From contig OZ024741.1 of the NCBI GenBank assembly GCA_964016885.1, positions 96,038,001 to 96,102,000 of the forward strand: a DNA stretch of 64,000 nucleotides. The letters are read 5' to 3'. Under the pieces are notes generated by a model that saw only the letters and a program-made list of their open reading frames with translations, made no database searches and was not told the DNA's origin. This stretch comes from Eledone cirrhosa (lineage: Eukaryota). The position numbers and the translations under genes are program-made. How positions within the stretch are numbered: position 1 is the first letter of the stretch; each line of letters opens with the position of its first letter. Shown here piece by piece: positions 1 to 13,965 of this stretch.

Positions 1-989
1 AGTAAAAGTAAACCCCCTGTTATTTTAAGTACTTAGCATTAAATAGTGCATTATTTCCGGGTACTCACACATAGACTCAATCACATGCAATACATGAACA
101 CACGTACATACACAGATCGATACGTGTGTTTGCGACATCTTACACATAGAAACACCGATAGAAATAGTTTCACAACACATGCATATGCAGTTACATTTGT
201 ACATTCGTGCGCGAGTGTATATGTTTATATGTTTGACCGTGGGCTTCTTTAAATTTGTGTAAATGTGCGAGCGAGTGTGTGCGTGAGTGTATGTCTACTT
301 ATGTGTATAAATTATTTTATGCTGGTGATCATCTCCAGAGTTTATAAACATATAACTATATATCCCAACAGTCGTCTCCCTTTATTTCTCAGGAGTAAAC
401 TTTCTAAGATTTCCGTTGGTAGCGATCATTCAAAGTTTTTTAGATAATCAGCAGGCAAGAAAAGTCACAGGCATTTTACACATATTAAGCGTATTGAAGC
501 GGCTCCTCCACTATAGAATGGTAGCCATAACTGGGCCCGGAAACCTAAAGTTGTGCCTACATGTAAAATGTATGAAACTTTATTTATACTATATATACAT
601 ATATATATAATTTTCGATTTTATCTCTTTACTTGGACCCCCTTTCTTTCTATTTCTCCTTTGGGATCCTGTCTCTATTTTGTACTCATAATGAAGGGCTT
701 AAGAGCGGCACGTCAAACGTTCTTTCCACTTTTCCATATAAAGCGTGAAATAAGACTTTTTGTACCTCTGTTTGTTGTCTCCTTGAAGTATGAGAAAAAC
801 CACAGACCCTCCATCTCAACTCTACTTTTGAAAAACAGAAGAACTGCGAAATCGGTAAAGGAACCAAATCAATATATATATTTTTTTAAAGTAAGACTCC
901 AGTTGCATTTTCGATTTCATCTTTTTTTCTTTATACTTTCACTCGTGTAGGACACCTCGGTTATTTTTCATTTTGTAAAAAAACCTCAC

Positions 990-1026
<37 letters not shown>

Positions 1027-1063
1027 AAAAGGAATTTGTAGTTTACTTGAAGCATTGTATATG

Positions 1064-1276
1064 GTATAAAGGATTCGAAGTTTGAAATCCACGACAATGC
1101 AGGTTTAGACGGAGAACAATTAAATCGTATTTTTCTCGGAAGAAGAGATATTAATCACGAAAGATCCGGACATTTAAATAAATTAAGGTAAACAAACAAG
1201 CCCTGTTTCTTACAATCTAATTATTGTCCGTCTAAACCTGTATTATCGTGGCTTTCAAACTTCGAATTCTTTATAC
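1064..1276. repeat. Fold-back element with ~60-bp inverted arms (1064-1122 / 1218-1276), probably PLE-derived
   Basis: gtataaaggattcgaagtttgaaatccacgacaatgcaggtttagacgga is near reverse-complementary to tccgtctaaacctgtattatcgtggctttcaaacttcgaattctttatac. The spacer has a decayed HHR-like core (cggaaga..gagat atta atcac gaaa). Confidence 0.7.
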
Positions 1277-1632
1277 ATATATAGATATATATATGTGTAT
1301 ATGTGTGTGTGTGTGTGTGTTGTGTCGTTTGCTTTATTTCTGTTTAATCATCACACACACATATATGTGTGTGTATATATATGTATATATATATATACAT
1401 ATTTATGCATATATATGTATAAATATATACATACACATACACACACACACATACGCGCGCGCGCACACACACACTCTCTCACACACACACACATATATAT
1501 GCCTTTGTCTCTCTCGAATTTCTTTCTCCCTATCCTTTCTCACTTCTCACCTGTTACTCTGTCTAATGACATTAGGCTTTGATAAGATACGCTTAAAATT
1601 TCACATCAAATTTTGAATCAACATGTACCATT

Positions 1633-1796
1633 ATCGGACGCCATGCTTTGCAGCAAAGAGTTACGTCCCTTTATGGTCTGAGTTCAAATCCCGCCGAGGT
1701 TAACTTTGCCTTTCATCCTTACGGGGTCGATAAAATAAAGTACCAGTAATACACTGGGATAATTGCTGGCCTTGTGCCAAAAGTAGAAATAATTAT
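1633..1796 (+). mobile_element. tRNA-derived SINE with Deu/Nin-like central domain
   Basis: B-box gagttcaaatcc, central gcctttcatccttacggggtcgataaaataaagtaccag, AT-rich tail; many near-identical copies in the window. Confidence 0.85.
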
Positions 1797-2555
1797 TTCA
1801 AGAACGGTGGGTGACGAGGATGGTGTATTTGGTGGCCGGTGAAGGGATGAAGAGTGAGGATGGTGGTGATGATATGGTTAGAACCAGAACAACTACCATC
1901 AGCTATGTCGTCCGACACTTCCATATTTGATCCAATCTACTACCCTAGATTGGTATTTCATTTAATCGACCCCGAATGAATGAAACACAAAACTGACCTT
2001 GGTGGGATTTGCACGCTGAACCCAGAGACCTGGAACAAATACTGCCAGCATTTCGTCCTAAACGCTTTGCTAATTTATCCCCTTAAATATAACCATATTA
2101 AGATTATATATATTTTGCTCGGCACTCGAAGCCATTCGGACACATTTGTCACTAACGTTTATTAATATATTAATAATATATAAGCATATTTGGATTGTCT
2201 GAAAATAAATACCGAGTCAATTATGCAACCAAACGATTATACTTAAGTGTAGCTATACACTGAAGAACTCAATCATTTAATGAAATAGATTCAGTCATAT
2301 TGGCTAAGCTAAATCTTATGATGTACACATCTAATGATATACACATTTTTATAAATGACTCATAGATTGCACAGAAAAAGAAAGCTGATAAATGGTTTAT
2401 AGTTTAATAAATTGTATTTTCCTTCTTCATGTTCTTTTTCGTGGATGAAGTAGAAAAAATGAAAAATGACGTAGAAGAAAGCTAAGAATAAGAATAATAA
2501 TAAGAAGGATGAGGGAGATAAGGAGGAAGAGAGGGAGGTAAAAAAGGAGACGAAG

Positions 2556-2821
2556 GTGGAGAAGGAGGAGAAGAAGAAGAAGAATGAGAAGAAGAAGAAG
2601 AAGAAAAAGAAGAAAGAAGAAGAAATAGAAAGAAAGAAGAAGAAGGAGGTGGGAGAGGAGGAGAAGAAGAGGTGGAGAAGGAGAAGAAGAAAAAGAAAGA
2701 AGGAGGAGGAGAAGAAGACGAAGAAGAAGAAGAAGAAGGAGAAGAAGAAGAAGAAGAAGAAGAAGAAGAAGAAGAAGAAGAAGAAGAAGAAGAAGAAGAA
2801 GAAGAAGAAGAAGAAGAAGAA
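2556..2821. repeat. (GAA)n / purine-rich simple repeat
   Basis: Direct reading. Confidence 0.95.
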
Positions 2822-3879
2822 TTATAGAAGTTTAATGATATTTATCATTACTTGGTCCGTCACAGAATTCTTCAGTGGTTTATAGTCACAGTCGTATATT
2901 CTGAGACGGAGTCCTACGTGCTTTAAACCTTCAATTAATCTTTCCCCAACTTCTCATATTTTTTCAATTTATTTTCTTCTAATCAAACTCAGTCTCTTTC
3001 TATACACCCCTCTCCTCCTCGCCTTCATTGTTTGGATCACACTCTCTAACCTAGTCATGCATACGCTTATAGGAAGAAGCACATTCGTAAGCGTATGTGA
3101 ATATAGACACACACAGGGACATATATACATGTAGCTATAGTATATATATAAATACATGCATACATTTATAAATACATACATATGTATGTATACATATGTA
3201 TATATATATATATATTTATAGTTATATATGCGTGTGAGTGTGTTTGTATGTGTGGATGCAGGTATATGTACATATGTTTGTATGTGTGTGTGTGTGCATG
3301 CATATACCGCATATATATATATTTGTGAAATTCTAAATTTGTATAAGTTAATTTCTATATAAGACTGAATTAATATGCGAAAAGAATAAGCGTAAGAAAT
3401 TATTGTATTTTTTAGAATATATTTCTTCTTGAGATGATTAATTTTCAATATATTCACCATATGGATAAAACGTGATGCGATTCTGAAGTTGGAAAAATTC
3501 ATTTTGTGTTGATTCTTAGTTATACACAGAATCACATTAATTATCTTAGCCTGCAATTCATCAATACAACGATATTTAGTTGAATAAACTATAGTATTTG
3601 CATGTTCCCATAAAATAAAGTCGAAGCAATTATTAAATTAAAACAATTAATAAACATGTATATCATTATTTTTTGATTGATGACGATAAAAGAAATGCAT
3701 CAGGATTCTAAATGTTGTTTACAAATTAATTATATCATATATAGAACTAAAGGTATAAATTTAAATATCAATTTTAAATCTAAAATTGTTCGAGGAAATG
3801 ATAATGATCTTATGGTGGAAAGAGCAATAACAGAAGTTGGTTGGCACCATGTAACTCAAATCTGTTATTAATAACTAGC

Positions 3880-4300
3880 TTAAACATCTTGATGTGAATA
3901 GATGCGTAAATGTCCTGTGTTCCGCTCGGAAATCCCCTTGATGATCACAATATCTCGGTAGTGGCAATTTTGTACATGTGTCTGAACAGAAGAAATACTC
4001 GTGCTTGTATGTTCTTTGATTCGTACGAGCAGTTTCCGGAGAATGTTTCCAATGGATGAGCCATTATATTTGTGTATATGAAAGTTAGTAAGTGAAAATA
4101 TGTCGTTGGTATTTTGTCGGTCTTTCGGCAATAGCCTCCTCAGGGAGATCCTGAGAGCTCTAGTTATACAACCTTTCCCTAGGGATCATTTGACGGTTAG
4201 CAGCGATGGTCCTCTCGTTTAAGAGCGGTAGATTTAGATAGCATATGCCATATGTTATCAATAACAGGTTTTAGTTATACAGAGCCAACTAGCTACTGGG
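3880..4300 (-). pseudogene. Degenerate PLE GIY-YIG endonuclease fragment
   Basis: SSIGNILRKLLVRIKEHTSTSISSVQTHVQNC resembles the PLE motif YIGxTxRxLxxRIKEH...SSVxxH...C. Confidence 0.6.
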
Positions 4301-4584
4301 ATAATACCGGTTTGCACATGTCACCTTTCCACAGACCGACTTCCATTCGCTGTCCTTACGCTACCACAAGAGAAAATAGCTCGTAATAACACGTCTATCC
4401 TATTTAGTTTTGTTTTGATAAACTGGCTACAACGCCGAAATATAACGGAAAGTAAATTAAACACTGTTGTTTTGCTTTTTCTTTTTTACTTTACTTTAGT
4501 CTCACCATTGTATTTCCTTTTCACATTGTACCGACTCGCGCAAAACTATCTCACTACACATCTATCTATCAATGAATCTATCTC

Positions 4585-4668
<84 letters not shown>

Positions 4669-4982
4669 GCTATCTATCTATATTTGCCAGCCTGTCCCTC
4701 TGCCTGCGTGTATGTCTATCTATCTAATTGTCTATCTATTAATCAACAATCTATATGTTAACAGTAGCACGGTGCTCATGACAGTTTACTGGTGGCCATT
4801 GTATACAAAATGTATAAAAAGTGAAAACGATATGAACTCGCATCGGTATGTTTGCATTTTAATCTAATTCAACAATATCTATTCTCAATAAGACAGACGG
4901 AATACATCAAGACCTTGTGTTATATATGTATATATAATATAACTGTGTACGATTGCCTCCTGTGTTATGTTCGTTCATTTTC

Positions 4983-5058
<76 letters not shown>

Positions 5059-5704
5059 TATATATATATATATATAAAGAGAAGGGGAAAGGAAGAGAGA
5101 AAGGGAAGGAGAGAAGGAGAAAGTGAGGTAGTTTGTGGAGTTCAATGTAAATGGAATGTGTCTGTTCAAATCTAAAGGCACATAGAAAAGCAGCACAACA
5201 TCAGATTTAATAAATCTGCTCTTTTATAAGTTCTAACGGTGGGGTAAGAAATAATTAAGTGTAGGAACAAAGAAAGAAAGACAGAGAAACATAAAAAAAG
5301 CGAAGGTAGCGAAAGTAAAAAAAAAATGAAAAACTAAAAAAAACAAAAAATGATTGGAAGTAAATTAAAGATTTGGATGAAAATATAGTAAACATGTAAA
5401 CGGTTAGCAAGTGATGAAGAATTTCATGAAAATGGGACAAAACAGTGGAAAGTTTGAAGAAAGCGATATAAAAGATAGAAAGAATAAAATAAATTTACAA
5501 GCAAGAAGTAACACTTTCATTGTTATAATATTCGGTTGAAGCCATTTGCTTGAATCTCTTCAAAAGAAAACGTATTCGTGCCAATAATTGAAAGTGGTAC
5601 TATTGTCAAAAAGAAAGATAATAAAATTTGTCTGAAAAATTTTAGTTTTGTCTCTCTGATTTCTAATATTGGCTTACCACCAAACATTTTCAACTTCAAC
5701 TACT

Positions 5705-5812
5705 TGAATGGTACTTTATCTAATAGGATAAAAGACAAATTTGACCTCGACGGGATTTGAATTTAGGACCTACAGGGCCGTAACTAAATGCGGTAAGGTA
5801 ATTTGTCCGACG
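5705..5812 (-). mobile_element. Degenerate Deu/Nin-like SINE fragment
   Basis: ttgacctcgacgggatttgaa...gggccgtaact matches the reverse strand of the SINE at 1633. Confidence 0.65.
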
Positions 5813-6229
5813 TTTCACCATTTTGGTAGCCAACATTTTAGTCTCTGATGTCAAATATCAAATCATTTTCCATTTCGTTTGGTTCACCAATATACATATG
5901 ACTACACAGAAACACTGAAACACCCAAACATATAACACATTTCTCATTGCATTGAAAAACCTGGCTACGTACCTACACCTCTTGACAGTTGAAGATCCAA
6001 TAGGATGTATGTAACTTTATATCTAATTTTATATTGCAAATGCAGTCCTAACGATTTGAGTTATAAGAATGTATCTTTATCTCACTGTACATAAACATAG
6101 AAAATGCAACAAAAACTTAAGTTGGAGACCACAATTTATTTCGGTTTACCACCAGGGTTAACATTTTCCAGCATTATACATCAGCGAACGCACGTACAAA
6201 TGAACGTAAGTATACACACACACATACAT

Positions 6230-6280
<51 letters not shown>

Positions 6281-6434
6281 GAAAGGTATAGAAAAGCATT
6301 GTAGCAAAAAGCCAACAGTATTCCATAATATATAAGTGACTATAGCGTCAAAATGGGAAAAATAGTTAACGTAAGATGTGGGAAAAATAATTCAAACTCA
6401 ACTCAAAGAGAAGTCGGTTATATATATATATATA

Positions 6435-6585
6435 ACCGACTTCAGCCTAATTTTCGCTTACCAAATTTCACTCACAAAGTATTATTTGTCAAGCCGTGGC
6501 TGTAGTAGATAGTTTCCCAATGTGACGCATAGTAGGATCGAAACTGGAACCATGTTTATGCGATGCAAACGTCTTAACAACACAT
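6435..6585 (-). mobile_element. Degenerate second tRNA-SINE family
   Basis: taccaaatttcactcacaa...ggatcgaaactggaaccatg; related remnants at ~12247-12295 and ~33855-33970. Confidence 0.55.
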
Positions 6586-7158
6586 CTATAAATAACCTGA
6601 ACTTAAAATGTAGGAAAGTGGAACACAATACAGTTTTATATCTTCAATTGTATTTCAACAAACCACCCTCTTTCAAATTATTATTTTCCTGTGACTAATT
6701 AAAACACCGAACCTTTTTGATAAGTGAAAATAATCGAAATTTAACCTTGGAATGACCTTGAAACATGGTCAATGTCAAGAGGTAATCTTTTCATTTATAT
6801 TACACTCTATTTTTAGCATCATAGATATTCAGCGAATTCCACATATATTGCAGTTGAGCAAAATACTAATCTAGATAAGCACAGCATCTGTAACCAGGCA
6901 GGGAAATATGTATGACTTATCAGGATAAAATATCATCAATAATAAAATATAGTATTACGTGATATATTATAAACGTAATGATATTAATTATCTCTATAGC
7001 ACAATGGAATAATAGTATTAATAAAGGATGAAATATCACTTGTAAAAATTAACTTATTTCCAAGGAAAAAAAATATCTTACGTTGCACAAAGCTTTCACT
7101 TTTTTCTAATATAACTATAATCGTTTAGCAATCTACCTCACACACATAAACACACAGA

Positions 7159-7268
<110 letters not shown>

Positions 7269-7599
7269 AACACACATACGCATACACGCACACACGCACA
7301 CACGCACACATAAACACACAGACGCACACACACACACACACACATACATATATATTTCTATGTAAATTTGTAAGTTTGTGTGTTTATGTGTTTCTGTATG
7401 TATATATGTATATACATATGCATGCATATATACAAAGTTATCACTGAATATAGAGATAAATGTATATAATATATCTTCTCTCTTTCTCTCTCTCTTTCTT
7501 TCTCTCACTCACCCACACACACACAAACACACACACACACACACATACACACATACTACACACACATACACACACACATATATACATATAGGGTTGTTC

Positions 7600-7870
7600 A
7601 GTTCTTTGAGGACATTTGCATGAATTGAGTTAAAGACGCATAAGTCATGAAAGAAGAGATTTGAGAAAATATTGTCATGGATAATCTTGAGATCCTTCGT
7701 GGCACATCTACGTATTTATTGAATCCGTCGTTAGCATCAATGACTGCGCCAAAATACGTTGTCTGAAACGTTGACATGCTCAAATCAGATGATTTGCTTA
7801 TTGTGTTAATTATGGTGGACTTCAGTATTAGCGGGTGGTGATTGACATCATCTTGACTAGGCCCCATACG
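7600..7870 (-). pseudogene. Old LINE (RTE-like) RT C-terminal remnant
   Basis: TYFGAVIDANDGFNKYVDVPRRISR resembles the F.YLGS.I...G....D...RI motif that follows the RT core. Confidence 0.45.
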
Positions 7871-7976
7871 TTACCACCGTTTTCATGTTTGGAAAGGTAG
7901 GAGGTTGCATGCTTGGGGTGACATGATTATAGAGATTGTAACTAATCTATTCTTGTGTCGTCTTACCCTTATAAGA

Positions 7977-10900
7977 CGGCGTGGGGTTTTGTTGCTATAG
8001 ATAAGGTAATTGACGTAAATAGAGTGAATGACAGAATAATTAAAATAAGACTAGTCCTAAATAGAACTACTGTGACAATAATATCCGCTTAGGCATCCCA
8101 GTATGGTCTACCTGACGTTATAAAGGACAGGTTCTAACCGACAGCGACTACTTAATTATTGCTGGCGATCTAAACGGTCACGATGGACAACATAGTAATG
8201 GCTATGATGGAATCAATGGAGGCTATGGGGTTGGAAATAGAAATGAGGAGGGCTTCAGAATCCTGGAATTCTGTGACGCTAATAACCTAACTAACTGTAA
8301 GAAACACTTCAAAAAACGAGAAAATGACTTGATCACCTATAGATCAGGGGAACACGACAGCCAGATAGATTATATCCTTACTAGAAGACGTGACAAAATG
8401 TCTGTTGTAAACACTAAATCCCTACCCCGTGAAGAATGCACATCCCAACATAGCCTAGTAGTTAGTGACCTCAGAGTCAGGAATAGACGTACTCGACGAC
8501 AGAGGAGGCCTACCTTGAGGAGAAGAATATGGAAGTTGAAGGACCCCATAGCCAGTGACAATTTTAAAAGCTTATTACTTGATGCCTTTGACAATAAGGA
8601 AGAGCAATTAGAGACGTGCAATGTAGAGGAACAGTGGCAATTCTTGAAAATGAACCTGCTGAAAGCAACGGATGAAATCTGTGGCTGGAGGAGAGTAACT
8701 TGGTGGTGGAACAGTAAGGTGGAGGAGACAATCAAGGCCAAAATGCAGGCTTGGAAAGTATGGCAGGATGTGGGGAAGTAGAGAGCACTATCAAGTGGCC
8801 AGGAGAGAAGCTAGGAGACAAGTGTACCTTGCAAAAAGGGAAGCAGAGGATAGAAAGTTCAAGCATGTTCTACAACGAGGTGTTCAGGATTGCTAGACAA
8901 TGTGTCAAGGAAAACCGTGTTATTGTCGGGGAAACGTGTGTCCGTAATGATAACGCTGGACTTGTCCTTACTGATACTGATAAGAAGATGGCGTGGAAGT
9001 GTCACTACGGGAGACTATTAAATGAGGAGAATAAATGGAAAAAAGATAGTCTACCCCAAATCGATCCAATAAAAGGGCCAAGGGTGCAAGGTAAAGGTAG
9101 TATAATAAGTAAGGTAATCAAAGATATGAAGACAGGCAAGGCAGCTGGGCCTTCGGAGATAGTTGCTGAGATGTTGAAGGCATCTGGAATGGTGGGACAT
9201 ACTATGGTCACCCGTATAGTTAACCAAGTAATACAGAATGGAGTCATACCAAAAGACTGGCGTAGCATCATCATCATTAACTGCTACAAAGGTAAAGGGG
9301 ACGCCCTATATAGGGGAAACTATAGAGGCATTAAGTTAGTTGACCAGGTCATGAAGGTGACAGAAAGCGTTATAGCGCAACTAATCAGAGAGCGAATTGA
9401 TCTAGATGAAATGCAGTTTGGGTTTGTGTCAGGTAAAAGAACCACAGACGCTCTTTTGCTTGTACGACAACTACAGGAGAAATACCTAGCTAAAAGTAAA
9501 CCCCTCTACTTAGCTTTTGTAGACCTGGAGAAAGCCTTTGACAGAGTCCCCCGCTCCATTATCTGGTGGGCTCTTAGAAAACAAGGTGTAGATGAATCGT
9601 TTGTGAGAGCTATACAAGCTATGTATAAAGAAACAGTTAGTAAGGTTAGAATTAACAATGAATATTGTGAGCAATTTAGTGTAAAAGTTAGTGTTCATCA
9701 AGGCTCCGTCCTTAGCCCCCTCTTATTTATTATTGCCCTTCAGGCTATAACAGAGGAGTTCAAGACCGGCTGCCCATGGGAACTCCTATACGCAGATGAT
9801 CTAACTCTCATAGCTGAATCTATGGCTGAACTAGAGAAGAAATTCCAAACATGGAAGCATGGCCTAGAATCCAAAGGCCTTAAATTTAACTTGTCTAAGA
9901 CTAAAGTTCTAGTTTGTAGAAAGGAAAATAGGACACAGGTGCCCTCAGGGAAATGGCCATGATCAGTGTGTAGGAAAGGAGTAGGCAAAAATTCAATTTT
10001 ATGTCCCAAATGCAAACTATGGGTACATAAAAGATGTAGTGGGATCACAGGAAAACTATCTAAGAGCGTAGACTTTATATGTGGCCGATGCTCAGGTGCA
10101 ATAAGTAGCAAGTGTCCACAGGATACTAGCTCCTTCTATTGCCCAGATGGTTCTATAGAAATAGTGAACACTTTCCGTTACCTGGGTGACGAAATCAGCA
10201 GTGGCGGATGGTGTTCTGAAAGTACAGTAGCCAGAGTCAGAACGGGATAAAAAAAGTTCAGAGAGCTTATACCACTGTTGGCCACAAAAGGTTTCTCTCT
10301 AAAAATGAAAGGCAGATTGTATGATGCCTGTATACGAACAGCAATGCTACATGGCAGTGAGACATGGGTATTACGTGCAGGGGAGCTGCACAGACTGGAA
10401 AGGAACGAAGCATTCATGCTCCGTTGGATGTGTAATAGTAATATAAGTGAACGGCAAAGCATTAATGAACTAAGTGAGAAATTAGGAATAAGAGGGATCA
10501 GATGCTGTTTACTTGAGAGAAAACTACGTTGGTATGGTCACGTGATACGCATTAAGGACGACAGCTGTATAAAAAAGTGCAGGGCGATCAAAATTGATGG
10601 CAGTTACGGAGTAGGTAGACCCAGAAAAACCTGGGACGATCTGATAAATTCCGACCTTACACACTTGCACTTCTCTAAGACAATGTCACTGGACCGAGAT
10701 CTTTGGCGCTACGCAGTAATACAGAAGACCCGCCTTGCCTATGTACAAAGCGAAACCTACAGTCAGTAGGCACCTCTTAACCAAATATACACCCCAATCC
10801 ACTACCCCTACCCTATCCTCCCACTCTCACCAACACCACCCTCTCTCTGTAAAGTTGGTACCACAACACCCAGTCCAAATAAATGAGATAATGAGATAGA

Positions 10901-11172
10901 GATCGTGTAGGTGTCACGACAAAAAAACACACAGTCCACGCTGTAATGTGGCCGTGTAGGTAACACGGTAAAAAGTTCCCAGTTCCACACTGTAAATGTG
11001 GTTGGTGTTAGGAAGGGCATCCAGCCGTAGAAAACCTGTCAGATAGTCCTATATGAGCGAGACACGGTCACCCGACCAACCTTGCCTCAAGTGGGACAAC
11101 TCCCGTCTATCCCATGCTAGCGTGGAAGATGGACGTTAAACGAAGATGATGATGATGTTGATGATGATGATG
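7977..11172 (+). mobile_element. RTE-clade LINE, 5'-truncated, with APE endonuclease, RT, PHD-like finger, 3'UTR and (GAT)n tail; inactivated by stops and frameshifts
   Basis: APE motifs IAGDLNGH and SQIDYIL/SQHSLV; RT motifs KGKGD..RGNYRGIKL, QFGF, AFVDLEKAFDRV, HQGSVLSPLLF, LLYADD; C-terminal MLHGSETW, RWYGHV, GRPRKTW; 3'UTR gttaggaagggcatccagccgtagaaa; ends ggacgttaaacgaagatgatgatg. Confidence 0.95.
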
Positions 11173-11399
11173 TATGGTCTTCCCTCGCTCACGCTCTATA
11201 TCCAAGGCTTCATAACCCTCCCCGACACTTTCTATATTCGGCAACATTGACCCTTTATCCCCGAGGAAGGAAGTGAGGAGGCATGACATCTCCCTCGTTG
11301 TTTACAACTCCCAGAACCATCATAGGTGCCGGAAACTTGAGTGTTGGAATGTTCTTAGGGTTTCTGCACAGCCATATGTCAATCCATCGGTTGACCTTT

Positions 11400-11751
11400 T
11401 GGTCGTGATCAAATTTTTCTTATCAGAGAAAAACCAAAGCATTCCAGGCTCCTGCTGTTTAAACTTGCCTAATATGCGCCATCATAAGGTGGAGGAAATT
11501 CTCATTAGCCGGACACGTGAAACGTTACAATGAACCAGCTGACAGAGGTATTTTCTGGAAACATGACGAGTACAGACGAGTTGGGAGAACAAACACTATG
11601 CTGAAGGATGTTCATGACACCAGGTTAGAAACAGGAAAAATTCAGACGGTAATGCTAGATAGGGTGAGCTGGAGGAGTAACTTAGACATTACACCAGTAA
11701 CAGATGTATAGGAAAAGAAGAATATATATATCATTATGATGATGATGATGA
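11400..11751 (+). pseudogene. Old LINE 3' fragment with (GAT)n tail
   Basis: LAGHVKR...RRVGRT...MLDRVSWR resembles the RTE C-terminus; gatgatgat tail. Confidence 0.55.
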
Positions 11752-12079
11752 AGTTACATCTGTATATATACAGTATGGCGGAAACCATATAAATTTACAC
11801 ATACAGTACTTTAGACATGTAATTATGGAAAATTCTAGTATTTCTCTGTAAAATGAGAAAATATATATTTTGAATCACTTTTCGAACCTTTTATAAAATC
11901 ATTTCCGTTACGTGTGGCTCACTAATACAACTATTACTACAACAGGATTTAGACATATATTTGGTAAGCATAACCCCTTCCTACTGATATAATTTGAGGC
12001 ACAATACTATTAAATATTCAATATATAGTAACAGTAGATTAGGGCATTTAGAACTGTGACATGAGTCAGATACATAGAG

Positions 12080-12747
12080 ATACATAGAGAACAGCGTTAA
12101 ACATCTCAGAAATGCTTACCTCTCTTATACATACAAGTGTAATTGTAGCCATATTGTTAAGAAATACATTTCGAAACCATTAGGCTTCAAGTCCTCTGCC
12201 TGGCACGCCGAAAAACATATTTTAACACAATTTTTGGCCAACTAAGACCTTGTAAGTGAAATTAGGTAAGATGAAACAATGTGGATGCCCGTCAAATATA
12301 TTGTAAAATTGTACCAACAATTTAAGGTCCAGCTTTATCACTGATTCTATCTGATGTCTATATTAAGGATATAAATGTGTGTGGAATACACAACTATTTA
12401 TTTTATTATTCAATGAATAGGTAGTTCTGTAGATCAGACAACTCAAACAAGCATTTTAAAAACAGACGAAGGATTCGTTATTGAATAAGTAAGTTATTAA
12501 ATATAAATGGATAAATACACACACATAACCAAATATATACAAATACTTGAAATATATGTGAAACATATATGTATTGGATATATTCCTATATTTATATGCA
12601 TTCCACTGTACACAATGACACACACACACACACACACATACACACACATAAATACACACACACACACAGAGATATGTATCTTTCTTTCTATAATCTACAT
12701 ACCTTCAGTATATATTTCTTCACCATCTCTCTCTCTCTCTCTCTCTC

Positions 12748-12844
<97 letters not shown>

Positions 12845-12909
12845 AATTAAAGGTATAGAAAACATTGTAGCAAAAAGCCAACAGTATTCCATAATATATA
12901 TATATATAT

Positions 12910-12957
<48 letters not shown>

Positions 12958-12959
12958 AT

Positions 12960-13053
<94 letters not shown>

Positions 13054-13059
13054 CATATA

Positions 13060-13108
<49 letters not shown>

Positions 13109-13131
13109 TATATATATATTATATATATATG

Positions 13132-13218
<87 letters not shown>

Positions 13219-13861
13219 GAGAGAGAGAGAGGAAGAGATAGATGGTGAAGAAATATAAACTGAAGGTATGTAGATTATAGAAAGATACATATGTGTGTAT
13301 GTGTGTGTGTGTGTGCATGTATGTGTGTGTCTCTGTCAATGTGTACAGTAGAATGTATATAAATATATGAATATATGTTTCACATATATTTCAAGTATTT
13401 GTATATATTTGGTTATGTGTGTGTATTTATCCATTTATATTTAATAACTTACTTATTCAATAGCGAATCCTTCATCTGTTTTTAAAATGCTCGTTTGAGT
13501 TGTCTGATCTACAGAACTACCTATTCATTGAATAATAAAATAAATGGTTGAGTATTCCACACACATTTATATCCTTAATATAGACATCAGATAGAATCAA
13601 TGATAAAGCTGGACCTTAAATTGTTGGTACAATCTTACAATATATTTGACGGGCATCCACATTGTTTCATCTTACCTAATTTCACTTACAAGGTCTTAGT
13701 TGGCCAAAAGTTGTACTAAAATATTTTTTTCGGCGTGCCAGGCAGAGGATTTGAAGCCTAATGGTTTCGAAATGTATTTCTTAACAATATGGCTACAATT
13801 ACACTTGTATGTATAAGAGAGGTAAGCATTTCTGAGATGTTTAACGCTGTTCTCTATGTAT
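12080..13861. repeat. Large inverted duplication with ~650-bp arms (12080-~12730 / ~13235-13861) around a (CT)n-(TA)n-(GA)n spacer
   Basis: tacatagagaacagcgttaaacatctcagaaatgcttacc... versus ...ggtaagcatttctgagatgtttaacgctgttctctatgta; arms are collinear with scattered substitutions. Confidence 0.95.
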
Positions 13862-13899
13862 ATAGGTTTAGGAATAACCAAAGAGTGCTTAGGAATACA

Positions 13900-13965
13900 T
13901 TGTTTTATTAGCTAACAGTGTTTCATCCGTACCCTAAGGCAGGAATCATCAGAGCCTATAAACAA
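13900..13965 (-). ncRNA. Hammerhead ribozyme, antisense copy of 15737-15802
   Basis: Reverse complement of the HHR at 15737-15802. Confidence 0.7.

Noticed and set aside
779-866. HHR-like string tcctt...gcgaaatcggtaaagga
   Set aside because: The CUGANGA box is not recognisable; at most a decayed remnant.
6411-6443. Short palindrome gaagtcggtta(ta)n-accgacttc
   Set aside because: Arms are only ~10 bp around a TA tract; probably a repair fold-back.
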